In this document: one piece after another, positions 11,151 to 20,462 of the stretch
How the letters are laid out: each line of letters starts with the position of its first letter
Numbering within the stretch: the stretch's first letter is position 1
Assembly (NCBI GenBank): GCA_965222375.1
Contig: CBDCTZ010000005.1
Coordinates: 288,001-352,000 of the forward strand
DNA from: Polyangiaceae bacterium
GTDB lineage: Bacteria; Myxococcota_A; Polyangia; Polyangiales; Polyangiaceae
DNA: 64,000 nt
Direction: 5' to 3'
Notes under the pieces: model-generated
Database searches by the model: none
What the model saw: the letters and a program-made list of their open reading frames with translations, nothing else
Told to the model about the DNA's origin: nothing
Translations under genes and position numbers: made by a program

Positions 11151-11918
11151 ATGACGCGTCCGAAGATCATCGCCATCGCAAACCAGAAAGGCGGCGTGGG
11201 TAAGACCACGACGGCGGTCAACCTCGCCGCGAGCTTGGCGGCTGCGGAGCAACCCACCCTGCTGTGTGACCTCGACCCCCAGGCTAACGCGTCGAGCGGT
11301 GTCGGGCACGCCCCGGGTACGGTCGAGACGACGATCTACGACGCATTGATCGGAAACGCGACACTGTCGGAGATCATCCGCGCCACGCCTATGGCGGCTC
11401 TAAACGTCGCTCCCGCGAGCCAAGATCTTACCGCTGTCGAATACGAGCTATTCGACGACGCTGGCCGCGGCACACATCTTCGGAATCTGCTGAGGGATGC
11501 GGACCTTTCGAAATACGAATACGTCATCATCGACTCGCCTCCATCCCTTGGCGTGCTCACTCTCAATGTGCTTGTTGCAGCTGACCGCGTGATCGTTCCG
11601 TTGCAGCCGGAGTACTACGCGCTCGAGGGCATCACCTATTTGATGGCTACTGTCGATCGTGTGCGCGCAAGTCTAAACCCCGAGCTAGCGGTGGAAGGCA
11701 TCGTCCTAACGATGTGGGATCCGCGCAACCGGCTGGCCCACGAAGTCGCGGAACAGGTGCGCAAGCACTTTCGGGTGTTTGAAGCGGTCATTCCACGCAA
11801 CGTGCGCCTCTCCGAGGCGCCCTCTCATGGCTTGCCGGCATTGCTCTACGACGTCGGATGCAAGGGCTCCCAAGGCTACTTGAGCTTGGCTCGGGAAGTC
11901 ATCGAGGCCAAAGCGTGA
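11151..11918 (+). CDS. parA: ParA/Soj chromosome partitioning ATPase
   Basis: NQKGGVGKTTT deviant Walker A, DLDPQANA, IIDSPP, IPRNVRLSEAPSHG. Confidence 0.95.
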   Translation: MTRPKIIAIANQKGGVGKTTTAVNLAASLAAAEQPTLLCDLDPQANASSGVGHAPGTVETTIYDALIGNATLSEIIRATPMAALNVAPASQDLTAVEYELFDDAGRGTHLRNLLRDADLSKYEYVIIDSPPSLGVLTLNVLVAADRVIVPLQPEYYALEGITYLMATVDRVRASLNPELAVEGIVLTMWDPRNRLAHEVAEQVRKHFRVFEAVIPRNVRLSEAPSHGLPALLYDVGCKGSQGYLSLAREVIEAKA

Positions 11919-12796
11919 GCGGCCCGAGCAAACCCCGAGGCCTGGGTCGCGGCCTCGACGCCCTCTTGCCAGTACGCACGCCCCAAGTCCCGAAGACCCA
12001 GTCCGGGGAAAGCTATGGCGCGGACAACGTCTTCCAATGTGCGATTGACAAGATCCAGCCGCAGAAAGGTCAGCCGCGCCAGCACATCGACGACGAAAAG
12101 CTCGAAGAGCTCGCGCAGAGCATCCGGGTGCACGGCATCATCGAACCGCTCGTCGTGCGTCGTCGCGGCAAGCGAGACTCCTTCGAGTTGATCGCCGGTG
12201 AGCGCCGCTGGCGAGCAGCACAACGAGCCGGGCTGAAAGAGGTGCTCGTCGTGGTGCGAGACGTCTCCCAAAAAGACGCGTTCGAACTCGCCCTGATCGA
12301 AAACATTCAGCGCGCGGACCTGGATCCCATCGAATTCGCCGAAGCCCTCGCCCGGCTGATCCAGGAGCACGGATTCACCCAGGAAAGCGTGGCATCCCGA
12401 GTCGGCAAGGACCGCTCCACCGTGGCCAACGCGCTGCGTTTGCTCAAGCTGCCTAGGGGCGTACGCCAGCTCGTGATCAGCGGAGAGCTCTCGGAAGGCC
12501 ACGCCCGGGCTCTACTCGGAGCACCCGATGAACTCGTGCTCAGCCAGTTGGCGGACAAGGTGCAAAAGGGCCGGCTGAGCGTGCGTCAGACTGAAGCCTT
12601 GGTGCGCGCAGCGAAGCAGGCGAGCGGAACCAAGCCACCGAAAGGCAAACCCGCCAGCGTTCGTGACTTGGAGGGGCGCTTGGAGAAACGCCTCGGCACG
12701 CGTGTAGAAGTGCGCGACAAGGATGGCCGCGGGGAAATCATGATGAAGTACTCCAGCCTGGACGAACTCGATCGCCTGCTCGACATCCTCTTGTGA
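11915..12796 (+). CDS. parB: ParB/Spo0J partitioning protein
   Basis: GLGRGLDALL N-terminal peptide, QPR, IAGERRWRAA, ALIENIQR, HTH GKDRSTVANALRLL; GTGA overlap with parA. Confidence 0.95.
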   Translation: MSGPSKPRGLGRGLDALLPVRTPQVPKTQSGESYGADNVFQCAIDKIQPQKGQPRQHIDDEKLEELAQSIRVHGIIEPLVVRRRGKRDSFELIAGERRWRAAQRAGLKEVLVVVRDVSQKDAFELALIENIQRADLDPIEFAEALARLIQEHGFTQESVASRVGKDRSTVANALRLLKLPRGVRQLVISGELSEGHARALLGAPDELVLSQLADKVQKGRLSVRQTEALVRAAKQASGTKPPKGKPASVRDLEGRLEKRLGTRVEVRDKDGRGEIMMKYSSLDELDRLLDILL

Positions 12797-12807
12797 CGCC
12801 GTTGGCG

Positions 12808-13809
12808 CTACTTCTTCTTGCCTTGCAGCGCTGCTAGCGCCTTCTTCGCGGCTGCACCAACGCCCTTGTCGCCGCCCAGCTCGGCGGCCTTCTTGAGCGC
12901 AGCGATGGCTTGCTTCTTCTTGCCCTGCGCGCGGAAGTGTTGGCCCAGATAGAAGTGCCCTGGAGCAAAGTTCGGCTCCAGCTTCACGGACTTCTCGTAG
13001 TCCGCTTGCGCCCCCGCGTCATCCTTGAGCTCGTGGCGGCACACACCTCGCCGCACGAACAGCACCGGCCTTTCGGCCTTTTTGATCGCCTTGTCGAAGG
13101 CCGCAACGCAGTCTTTGAAGGACCCAAGTTTGCCAAACGCGTCGCCCATTCCAGCCAGCACGTCGATCTCCGTCGCCTGGGCTAGGGTCTTGCGCAGCTG
13201 CGCCAGGGCTTCGTCCTTCTTGCCACCGGCGGCCAAGACTTGGCCGTACGCAACCGCTAGGGCGATGTTGTCTGGAGCTGCAGCAACCGCCGCAGCGTAG
13301 GCGTCGAGCGCTTTGTCCATCTGCCCGGCCGCCTCCAGGGAAAGGGCGTGATTCATCAACAGGCGTGGATCCCTCGGAGCGCCCTTGAGCGCGCCTTCCA
13401 CGATGGCCAGTGCCTCGGCGGCCTTGTTGGCGTCCAAGAACATCGCTGACAGATTGACGCTCGCCTCCACCAACTTGGGGTCGAGTTTGAGCGCATCTTG
13501 GTAGGCAGCTTGTGCGCCCGCTGCGTCACCCAAGTTCTCCAAAGCAACACCGAGATAGTAGGCCGCCTGGGGATCGTCCGGCTTGTCCGCTCGGGCCTTC
13601 AGCAAGTGCTGCTTGGCCTTGTCGAAATTGCCCGCTTGGATCGCATCCATGCCCGCCTGAACATCGGCGCTGGACGCCGGAGCGACCGCGCCCGGGGAAT
13701 CTTCCGTGGGCGGCGGAGGCCCAGGTTCCTCCGGCGGTGGCGTTGCCCCACCACAGGCACACAGCAGGGCTGCGGCAACCGCAGACACGCGAAAGTTAGC
13801 TAACTTCAT
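12808..13809 (-). CDS. TPR-repeat lipoprotein
   Basis: Lipobox LCAC, Pro-rich linker, repeated TPR motifs (AYYLGVAL...); overlaps the end of glnD. Confidence 0.8.
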   Translation of the reverse strand: MKLANFRVSAVAAALLCACGGATPPPEEPGPPPPTEDSPGAVAPASSADVQAGMDAIQAGNFDKAKQHLLKARADKPDDPQAAYYLGVALENLGDAAGAQAAYQDALKLDPKLVEASVNLSAMFLDANKAAEALAIVEGALKGAPRDPRLLMNHALSLEAAGQMDKALDAYAAAVAAAPDNIALAVAYGQVLAAGGKKDEALAQLRKTLAQATEIDVLAGMGDAFGKLGSFKDCVAAFDKAIKKAERPVLFVRRGVCRHELKDDAGAQADYEKSVKLEPNFAPGHFYLGQHFRAQGKKKQAIAALKKAAELGGDKGVGAAAKKALAALQGKKK

Positions 13810-16489
13810 GACCGTTCTCCGATTGCAGCATGACGATGGTCGACATGATGCGCTGCCGAATCTGTTCGATGCGCGCGGGGTCGTCAATCTTGGCCCCCTC
13901 AGCGTCAGAAACGTAAAAAACGTCCGCCACGCTGTCGCCCTCAGTATTGATTTTGGCGATGGAAATCGTCAATTCGGCTTGTTGGAGGGTGTGGGCGAGC
14001 CAGAACAGAAGGGCCGGGCGGTCCCGGGTGATGACCTCCAGGACCGTGTGAGCGGTCGCACGGTCATCGAAAGCAATCCGTGTCGGCACATCCGGCGCTG
14101 GGCGGCTGAAGCCTCTGCCCGTGGCGCGTTTGTCGACGAGTTCGCTCGGCGCGATCTTCCCCGCGAGTAGCTCGGCCAGATCCCTCCGAATCCGGGGAAG
14201 CTGGGTTCGGACGCTTTCAGCGCCACCGGAGCCCGCCCGCACCCAAAACAAATCGAGCGCGCGTACCCTCGCGCCGTCGTTCCACGTGTAGATCTGCGCT
14301 CCAACGACATCGTGGCGCGCCGCCGCCAGCGCGGCAGTGACCAACGCGAGCAAGCCGGGTCGGTCGTCCGCGACGAATCCCAACTCCGCGTATTCCTCTG
14401 CCATCGCGAGAACGTCAATCGCGAAAGGCGCGCCATCTGCCGACGCGGCGAAGCTGGCGTGACGGGCGACGTCTTTGGAGCCATTGGCCAGCAAGTAGCG
14501 CTCAGGGATCGCGTCCAAGAAGTTGGTTTCGATGGTCAATGGAGTCGCGGCCCCACTCGACAGCACGTCGAGTGCCGCGCGACGACGCTTGCCAATGAGT
14601 TCGCTCTGTTTGCGCACGCCCTTGGCCAAAAAGCGGTCGGTTGCGCGAAACAGCTCGTCCAGCATGCGCGTCTTCCAACTCGTCATCGCCGTCGGGCTAG
14701 TCGTGCTGACATCGGCGACGGTCAGTAGATACAGCTCTCTCAGGCCCTCGCGTCCGGTGACTTCCTCGGCAAAGGCGTCGATGGTCTCGGGGTCATCGAT
14801 GTCTCGTCGCGTTGCGACGTGATACATCCGCAGGTGTTTTGCGATCAGGTTCTGGACTTCGCGAGTCTCGCTCTCGCCGACGTCCAACCGGGCGAGTATC
14901 TGCTCCGCCAATTCGGCGCCACGCTGGGAGTGATTGCGACCGCCAATGTCCTTGCCAACGTCGTGGAGCAGGGTCGCTAAATACAGCACCGTGGGGCGAG
15001 CTACTTCTGCTGCCAAGCGTGATGCCAGCGGGAACTCTTCGGCTAAGTCGCCTCGGACGAGCGCGCGCAGCCGATCCACCGCGGCGACGGAGTGCGCGTC
15101 GACCGTGTACACGTGATAGACGTCGTGGTGTACCCGCCCGATGACCGGCAAGAACTCCGGGATCATCGCCGCCAGGAGGCCCACGTCGTGCAGCTCCGCG
15201 ACGATGGAGCCGCGGCGAAACTTGGAGGTCTTCGCGGTCGAGAGCAAGCAGCGAAAAGCACGCGCAGCGTCCGCACTCTCGCGGAGCCGCTCTGCAAAGC
15301 CGTCAGAGGTGGTTGCCCGGATGACGGCGTCCCGTGCGTATTGATTGACCCGCAGACTGCGGCGCACGGCGGCCTCGTAGAGCCGAAGGGCCAGGGCGGG
15401 CTCTCCATCCAACGAGCCCGGGTGCGCCAGGGTGATGGAATCCTCGAGGCGCACCAACCCGCCTCCCAGGCTCTGCCAGTGAGGACGCCGGGGGGGCGCC
15501 GGCGCGGCGCGCGCCAACAGCATGTCCCGGGCACGCTCCAGCTCGCGGGCGTTCCGGTAGTAGTCGCTCATCAAACGCTCGACGCCGGGACCACCCGTAC
15601 CGTAGCCCAGATCCTCGGCGAGGGTTTCCTGCCGATCGAAGCTGAGTCGGTCCGAACGCCGACCCGCGTGCACGTGCAGCAGGTTTCGAACTCTCCATAT
15701 CAGTTCCGCGGCATCGGCCATGCGGGCGTACTCCCGAGGAATCAGCACCCCGAGCTTGACCAGGTCCTTCAGATCCCGCACCCGAAAACGCGCGCGCGCA
15801 GCCCACCCCGCGATATCGATGTCTCGGATCCCACCCGGTCCGTTCTTGACGTCGGGTTCAAGGAGATAGACCGAGCCGCCGTAGCGCTCGTGGCGCTCCG
15901 CGGCGCGCTGGGCGAGGCGGTGGAGGAAATCCTGAATCTGCCCGGGACCGAAGATCCCCTCAAAGGCGCGCGCCAGCATGCGGTCACTGGCCTCGACGGG
16001 TCCCGCGAGGGTGCGCCAGTCGAGCAGCGAGGTCGCGGTCGGGAGGTCTTGGCGCGCCAGCTCGATGACTTCGTCTTCGGTCACGACCTGATGGCCAATA
16101 CTCAGCCGACAATCCCAGAGCGGGTATAGCAGCGCTTCGGCCACGGGCTGGGCGTCGTCGGCTGCGTCTCCAGCACACAGCAAGCGCAGATCCAGATCAC
16201 TGGCGAACGAGACCGCGCCGCGCCCATAACTACCGACCGCCGCGAGGGTGACCGGGGCGAAGCTCCCATCCCGGGACATCGTGGCTCGCAGCGCGGAAAA
16301 CAATGAGCACAGCAATCCGTCGATGGCGCGGGCGTAGCCGGCGCTGGCAACCATTCCGGCCTCGCCGCCACCCGCGCGGATTTGTGCTTCCACCGCGCTG
16401 CGGTGCTGCGTCAAATAGCGCGACAGTTCGTCGGACAGACTCGGCTGAACGCGTGCAAGCAGCGGGACGGTGGGGGAGGCTTCAGACAT
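13796..16489 (-). CDS. glnD: [Protein-PII] uridylyltransferase/uridylyl-removing enzyme
   Basis: AVGSYGRG...SDLDL NTase, LEPDVKNGPGGIRD, HVYTVDAHS...LLHDVGK HD domain, two ACT domains (DRPGLL, DRPALL...DVFYV). Confidence 0.92.
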   Translation of the reverse strand: MSEASPTVPLLARVQPSLSDELSRYLTQHRSAVEAQIRAGGGEAGMVASAGYARAIDGLLCSLFSALRATMSRDGSFAPVTLAAVGSYGRGAVSFASDLDLRLLCAGDAADDAQPVAEALLYPLWDCRLSIGHQVVTEDEVIELARQDLPTATSLLDWRTLAGPVEASDRMLARAFEGIFGPGQIQDFLHRLAQRAAERHERYGGSVYLLEPDVKNGPGGIRDIDIAGWAARARFRVRDLKDLVKLGVLIPREYARMADAAELIWRVRNLLHVHAGRRSDRLSFDRQETLAEDLGYGTGGPGVERLMSDYYRNARELERARDMLLARAAPAPPRRPHWQSLGGGLVRLEDSITLAHPGSLDGEPALALRLYEAAVRRSLRVNQYARDAVIRATTSDGFAERLRESADAARAFRCLLSTAKTSKFRRGSIVAELHDVGLLAAMIPEFLPVIGRVHHDVYHVYTVDAHSVAAVDRLRALVRGDLAEEFPLASRLAAEVARPTVLYLATLLHDVGKDIGGRNHSQRGAELAEQILARLDVGESETREVQNLIAKHLRMYHVATRRDIDDPETIDAFAEEVTGREGLRELYLLTVADVSTTSPTAMTSWKTRMLDELFRATDRFLAKGVRKQSELIGKRRRAALDVLSSGAATPLTIETNFLDAIPERYLLANGSKDVARHASFAASADGAPFAIDVLAMAEEYAELGFVADDRPGLLALVTAALAAARHDVVGAQIYTWNDGARVRALDLFWVRAGSGGAESVRTQLPRIRRDLAELLAGKIAPSELVDKRATGRGFSRPAPDVPTRIAFDDRATAHTVLEVITRDRPALLFWLAHTLQQAELTISIAKINTEGDSVADVFYVSDAEGAKIDDPARIEQIRQRIMSTIVMLQSENGHEVS

Positions 16490-16577
16490 GGCAGAGTCGA
16501 CGACGCTCTTATAGCGCAGGCGCTGGGTCCGTCGATGCGCTGGCCGAGGGGCGGTTTTCGCGGTAGCCTGCATTCTG

Positions 16578-17144
16578 ATGCCGAGCCGTCGCGCCGTTTT
16601 GGGTTGGTTTGCCGGTTCGAGCGCGTCGCTCCTACTGCCAGCCACCGCATCGGCCAGCATCGCCCGGGGCCTACGGCTGCCCGAGCTTGTTCGTGGCAGT
16701 TCCTGCTGCTTGGTTGGCACAGCTCTCGCGGCCGAGAGTCGCTGGGAGTCCGTGGGAAACAGTCGCCGAATCGTGACTTCCACCCGCGTCCGAGTCGACC
16801 AGACCTTCGGCGGAACGCCACCGGGGACCGAGGCACTGATCCGTACCCTGGGCGGCCGCGTCGGCGACGTCGGCCAGATCGTGCACGGGGAGGCGTTCCT
16901 GCTGTTGGGTCAGGCTGCAACGCTCTTCTTGCTCCCGCTACAGGACGGGCGCCACTCAGTCATGGGGATGGCTCAAGGTCACTTTCCCATCGCTGTCGAT
17001 GCGCAGAAGGTGAAACGTCTGCGTCGAAGTCCACGCCTTCCGGAACTCATCGACGCGGAGCGCTCCGCGTCGAAGCTACTTGCCGGCCGCGCACTGCCGG
17101 ATGCCCGCAAGCTTATCGGGAAGGCGTTCGACAGTGCCAAGTAG
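16578..17144 (+). CDS. Exported hypothetical protein, possible protease pro-domain-like
   Basis: SRRAVL twin-arginine-like signal, TLGGRVGDVGQIVHGEA motif; overlaps the matrixin gene. Confidence 0.7.
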   Translation: MPSRRAVLGWFAGSSASLLLPATASASIARGLRLPELVRGSSCCLVGTALAAESRWESVGNSRRIVTSTRVRVDQTFGGTPPGTEALIRTLGGRVGDVGQIVHGEAFLLLGQAATLFLLPLQDGRHSVMGMAQGHFPIAVDAQKVKRLRRSPRLPELIDAERSASKLLAGRALPDARKLIGKAFDSAK

Positions 17145-18075
17145 CTACCGACGCGCCCTGCTCGCCGCTGCAGCCATGGCCGCCGTCAGCGTGCCCAGCA
17201 CGGCGCTGGGTTTCTGCCGCACCACCACGTGCGGCCCAGGGCAGTGTAGCGCCAACCCGAGTTGCGAATTCTGCTTGGAGGGCGGGCGCCCCCTGTTCTG
17301 GGGCGGGCGCTGTATCTCCTTCGGTGTGCAGGCGGCCGGCTCCCCACTGCGCGGAGTCGACTTCGAAACCACCCGCAACGTGATTGGTTCGGCCTACGCC
17401 AAGTGGATGAGCGTGGACTGCGGTGGCGCTCCCCCAGACCTCGAACTCCGAGATTTCGGCGCGATCAACTGTGGGCGGCAGGAGTACAACCAGACCGCCG
17501 GCAATGCGAATGTGTGGATGTTTCGGGACGACTACTGGCCCTACTCCGGCGCCAACGCGACCTTGGCGCTCACCACGATCACGTTCAACGTCAAGACGGG
17601 TGAGATCTTCGACGCAGACGTAGAGATCAACTCGATTCAGAATCCGATCACGCTCGGAGACACCAACATCCAAGCAGACCTCGATTCCATCGTGACCCAC
17701 GAGGCGGGTCACTTTCTCGGGCTCTCCCACTCCTGCGAGAAAGAAGCGACGATGTTCGCCTCCTACAAACTCGGAGAGGTGGGCCTGCGCACCCTGGAGG
17801 CCGACGACATCGCAGGGATCTGCACTCTGTTCCCACCAGGTTCGAATAAGGGCTGCCAGCCAACTCCCCGCCACGGGTTTTCGACGGAGTGCTGCAACCC
17901 CCGCAGCGAGTGCGAGGGCAGAGCCGAGGCCGAAGGTTGCTGCACGACCGCTCCAGGCGGGTCGTCGGGCGCTGGACGCTGGGCCGCGCCTTTGCTGCTT
18001 TTCGGCCTTTTTGTGGGGTTCGCGCGACGGCGACGTGGTCACAAGCCACTTCGACGACCGGGCACAATGGGGTAA
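17134..18075 (+). CDS. Matrixin (M10-like) metalloprotease with MYXO-CTERM
   Basis: HEAGHFLGLSH zinc motif, ATM Met-turn, DDIAGIC, C-terminal GCC-TM-RRRR. Confidence 0.88.
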   Translation: MPSSYRRALLAAAAMAAVSVPSTALGFCRTTTCGPGQCSANPSCEFCLEGGRPLFWGGRCISFGVQAAGSPLRGVDFETTRNVIGSAYAKWMSVDCGGAPPDLELRDFGAINCGRQEYNQTAGNANVWMFRDDYWPYSGANATLALTTITFNVKTGEIFDADVEINSIQNPITLGDTNIQADLDSIVTHEAGHFLGLSHSCEKEATMFASYKLGEVGLRTLEADDIAGICTLFPPGSNKGCQPTPRHGFSTECCNPRSECEGRAEAEGCCTTAPGGSSGAGRWAAPLLLFGLFVGFARRRRGHKPLRRPGTMG

Positions 18076-18102
18076 GACTCGACAGAGGGTTAGGAGGCCG
18101 CT

Positions 18103-19269
18103 GTGGCGCGATCGCTTTTTGCTTGGACTTCGGTTTTCATTCTGGGGGTTGGTGTAGCCGCGGTCGCGTGCTCTAGCGACGAGGGCGGCAGCGACCCGGC
18201 AACCGGCGGCGCCGGTGGCTCGGGCGGCAACTCGACCGGCGGCGCCAGTAGCTGTGGGCCGACTCCCCTCGGCTTCAGTGGCGAATGCAAGCCCGGAGCA
18301 CCGGAGCAATGCTGCGGGTCCACCATTCCAGTGATGAAATACCGGGACAAGAACGACAAGCTGGTCGACCCAGACTGGTCCTGTATCACTGGCAGCGGTG
18401 GCGCCGGCGGCAGCGCGGGTAGTGGCGGCGGTGGCGGGGTATCACCCGATGCCGGAGCTGATTCAGGCGCAGCTGACTCGGGGGCAGACGCCGGGGCCGA
18501 TGCCGCCGCCGACGCCGCACCCCCGACAACCCAAAACATTTTCGAGGTGGAAGACTTCAGCAGCGGGAACGCCGTCGTCGATATCGAGGTCGAGCTCTAC
18601 GAGGGGGAAGCGATCGTCGACAAGACCCCCTTCCACACCGCCTTCACCAAGGGCCCGATCAACTCCGGCAACCCCGGCCTCAACAACGGGCAGTTCTACT
18701 TCCCTCACCCGAGTTCGAAGTACATCTCCTATCGTGTCAAAGAAAAACCCGGCATCGCGAAGGAGTTCGTGGGCTTCGGCGAGGAAGTGCCGGCAGCGCC
18801 GGGCAAGGTCGTCGGCAACACCTTGTCTCCGGATCTATACCTGCAGCTGTCCACTTTCGTGGTGCCGCTGCCCGGTTGGACGCCGCCCGACGACCTCGCG
18901 ATTATCACAGGGCCCGTGCGGGACTGCGCGGGTAACGACGTCGGTGGCGCGCGCGTACGCTACTTCGATGTCGATGGAGGTAAGGAAGTGGAGCCCGGCT
19001 CTTGCGAGCGGGACATTCGCTATGTCTACTTCGACGCCCAGTATCCCAACCCCAAATGTGCCTACACGGACTACCGCCAGTCCCTCTGGGTCATTGCGAA
19101 TGCGCCGGGTAATGCGGCTGGCCCGAACAAGGGGCACAAGTACCGGATCGAGTACTGGGGTCGGCTCAAGGAAACGGATACCGAGCCGGTGAAGTTTGCG
19201 GAGAAACAGATCGAGGTCTTTTCCAAGACCGTGAACGTCCACCAGATCCGCCCCAACATCCAGCAGTGA
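18103..19269 (+). CDS. Hypothetical lipoprotein with Gly/Ala/Asp-rich linkers
   Basis: Lipobox AVAC-SSD, typical codon usage, GTGA coupling to lpxB. Confidence 0.75.
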   Translation: MARSLFAWTSVFILGVGVAAVACSSDEGGSDPATGGAGGSGGNSTGGASSCGPTPLGFSGECKPGAPEQCCGSTIPVMKYRDKNDKLVDPDWSCITGSGGAGGSAGSGGGGGVSPDAGADSGAADSGADAGADAAADAAPPTTQNIFEVEDFSSGNAVVDIEVELYEGEAIVDKTPFHTAFTKGPINSGNPGLNNGQFYFPHPSSKYISYRVKEKPGIAKEFVGFGEEVPAAPGKVVGNTLSPDLYLQLSTFVVPLPGWTPPDDLAIITGPVRDCAGNDVGGARVRYFDVDGGKEVEPGSCERDIRYVYFDAQYPNPKCAYTDYRQSLWVIANAPGNAAGPNKGHKYRIEYWGRLKETDTEPVKFAEKQIEVFSKTVNVHQIRPNIQQ

Positions 19270-20462
19270 CGCAATCGAAGATCAGCTTTCACCGCGAGGC
19301 CCGAGAGCTTCGCGCTGGACGGCGAACGCGTGGAGAGCGCGTCCTGGTCTCCGTGGGAGAGGCATCCGGCGATAGCATGGCCAGTGCCGTGGTCTCCCAC
19401 TTGGCAGCGCCTAGCTTTGGGCTGACCGGCCCGGAGCTACGTAGCGCGGGCACTCAAAGCCTCGCAGACGTGACGGAAGCAGCCGCCATTGGAATGTTCG
19501 ATGCGCTCAGGCATGCCCCCACCCTGGCCAAGGCACTGCGTGCCGTGATGAAGCAAGCCGAAGAGGAGCGGCCTCGGGCTGCATTGCTGGTCGGATTCTC
19601 GGAGCTCAACGCACGCTTGGGTGTCCGCCTTCGCAAACAAGGAACGCGAGTTCTCTGGTACGCACCGCCACAGGTGTGGGCGTGGCGCCCCGAGCGCATC
19701 CACACGCTGCAGCGCGCCGCGGACCAGATGGCTTGCGTGCTGCCTTTTGAAGAGTCGATCTGGACCCGAGCGGGCGTGCCCGCGCGCTATGTGGGCCACA
19801 GCTCCCTCGAGACTCGCCTCAACACGCGGCAAGTCGCTCGAAAACGACTGCAGCTAACGCCCTACGCCGAGGTCGTCGCCCTGCTTCCGGGAAGCCGCGG
19901 CGCCGAAGTGCGCCGCACTCTGCCAGCCATGCTCGAGGCGGTCGCGGCGCTGCGCGAAGACCGCGGCGCCGTGGATGCTCGGCTGCTGCTCGCCCCAACG
20001 CTCCCTGACAGCGTCGCGAACTGGGCGGCGGCACTCAGTCAGCGAGCCGGCGTTGCCAGCTCGCAGCTGCCAGCCCGCAACTTGCTACCGGCCTTCGACG
20101 TGGCATTCGTGGCGAGCGGTACAGCGACCCTCGAATGTGCGGTGTCCGGCGTACCACCCGTGATCGTGTACAGGACCGGACCTGTCACGCAGTCGATCGC
20201 GCGCCGCCTGCTGCGCGTGGACCACATCGGGTTGCCGAATCTCATACTGGGCCGACGTGCATTCCCCGAACTCGTTCAAGAGGCCCTGACCGGACCCGCG
20301 CTGGCAGATGCAACGACGACGATTCTCGACGAGCCCAAGGCCTATCGCGAGAGCCTGCGGCAGGTAGCTACTGCGCTCCGACCTGAGCCCAAGGCGGTGG
20401 CTCTCGGCAGCTCCCCCTCCGCCCGGGTAGCGGCTTTGATGCGATCGTGGCTGAGCAACTGA
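19266..20462 (+). CDS. lpxB: Lipid-A-disaccharide synthase
   Basis: GEASGD, YAPPQVWAWRP, LPFE, YVGH, LLPGSRGAEV, ASGTATLE, IGLPNLI. Confidence 0.92.
   Translation: MTQSKISFHREARELRAGRRTRGERVLVSVGEASGDSMASAVVSHLAAPSFGLTGPELRSAGTQSLADVTEAAAIGMFDALRHAPTLAKALRAVMKQAEEERPRAALLVGFSELNARLGVRLRKQGTRVLWYAPPQVWAWRPERIHTLQRAADQMACVLPFEESIWTRAGVPARYVGHSSLETRLNTRQVARKRLQLTPYAEVVALLPGSRGAEVRRTLPAMLEAVAALREDRGAVDARLLLAPTLPDSVANWAAALSQRAGVASSQLPARNLLPAFDVAFVASGTATLECAVSGVPPVIVYRTGPVTQSIARRLLRVDHIGLPNLILGRRAFPELVQEALTGPALADATTTILDEPKAYRESLRQVATALRPEPKAVALGSSPSARVAALMRSWLSN

Noticed and set aside
14278..14293. parS-like half site CGTTCCACGTGTAGAT (also a weak look-alike near 10480)
   Set aside because: Three or more mismatches in one arm; not palindromic
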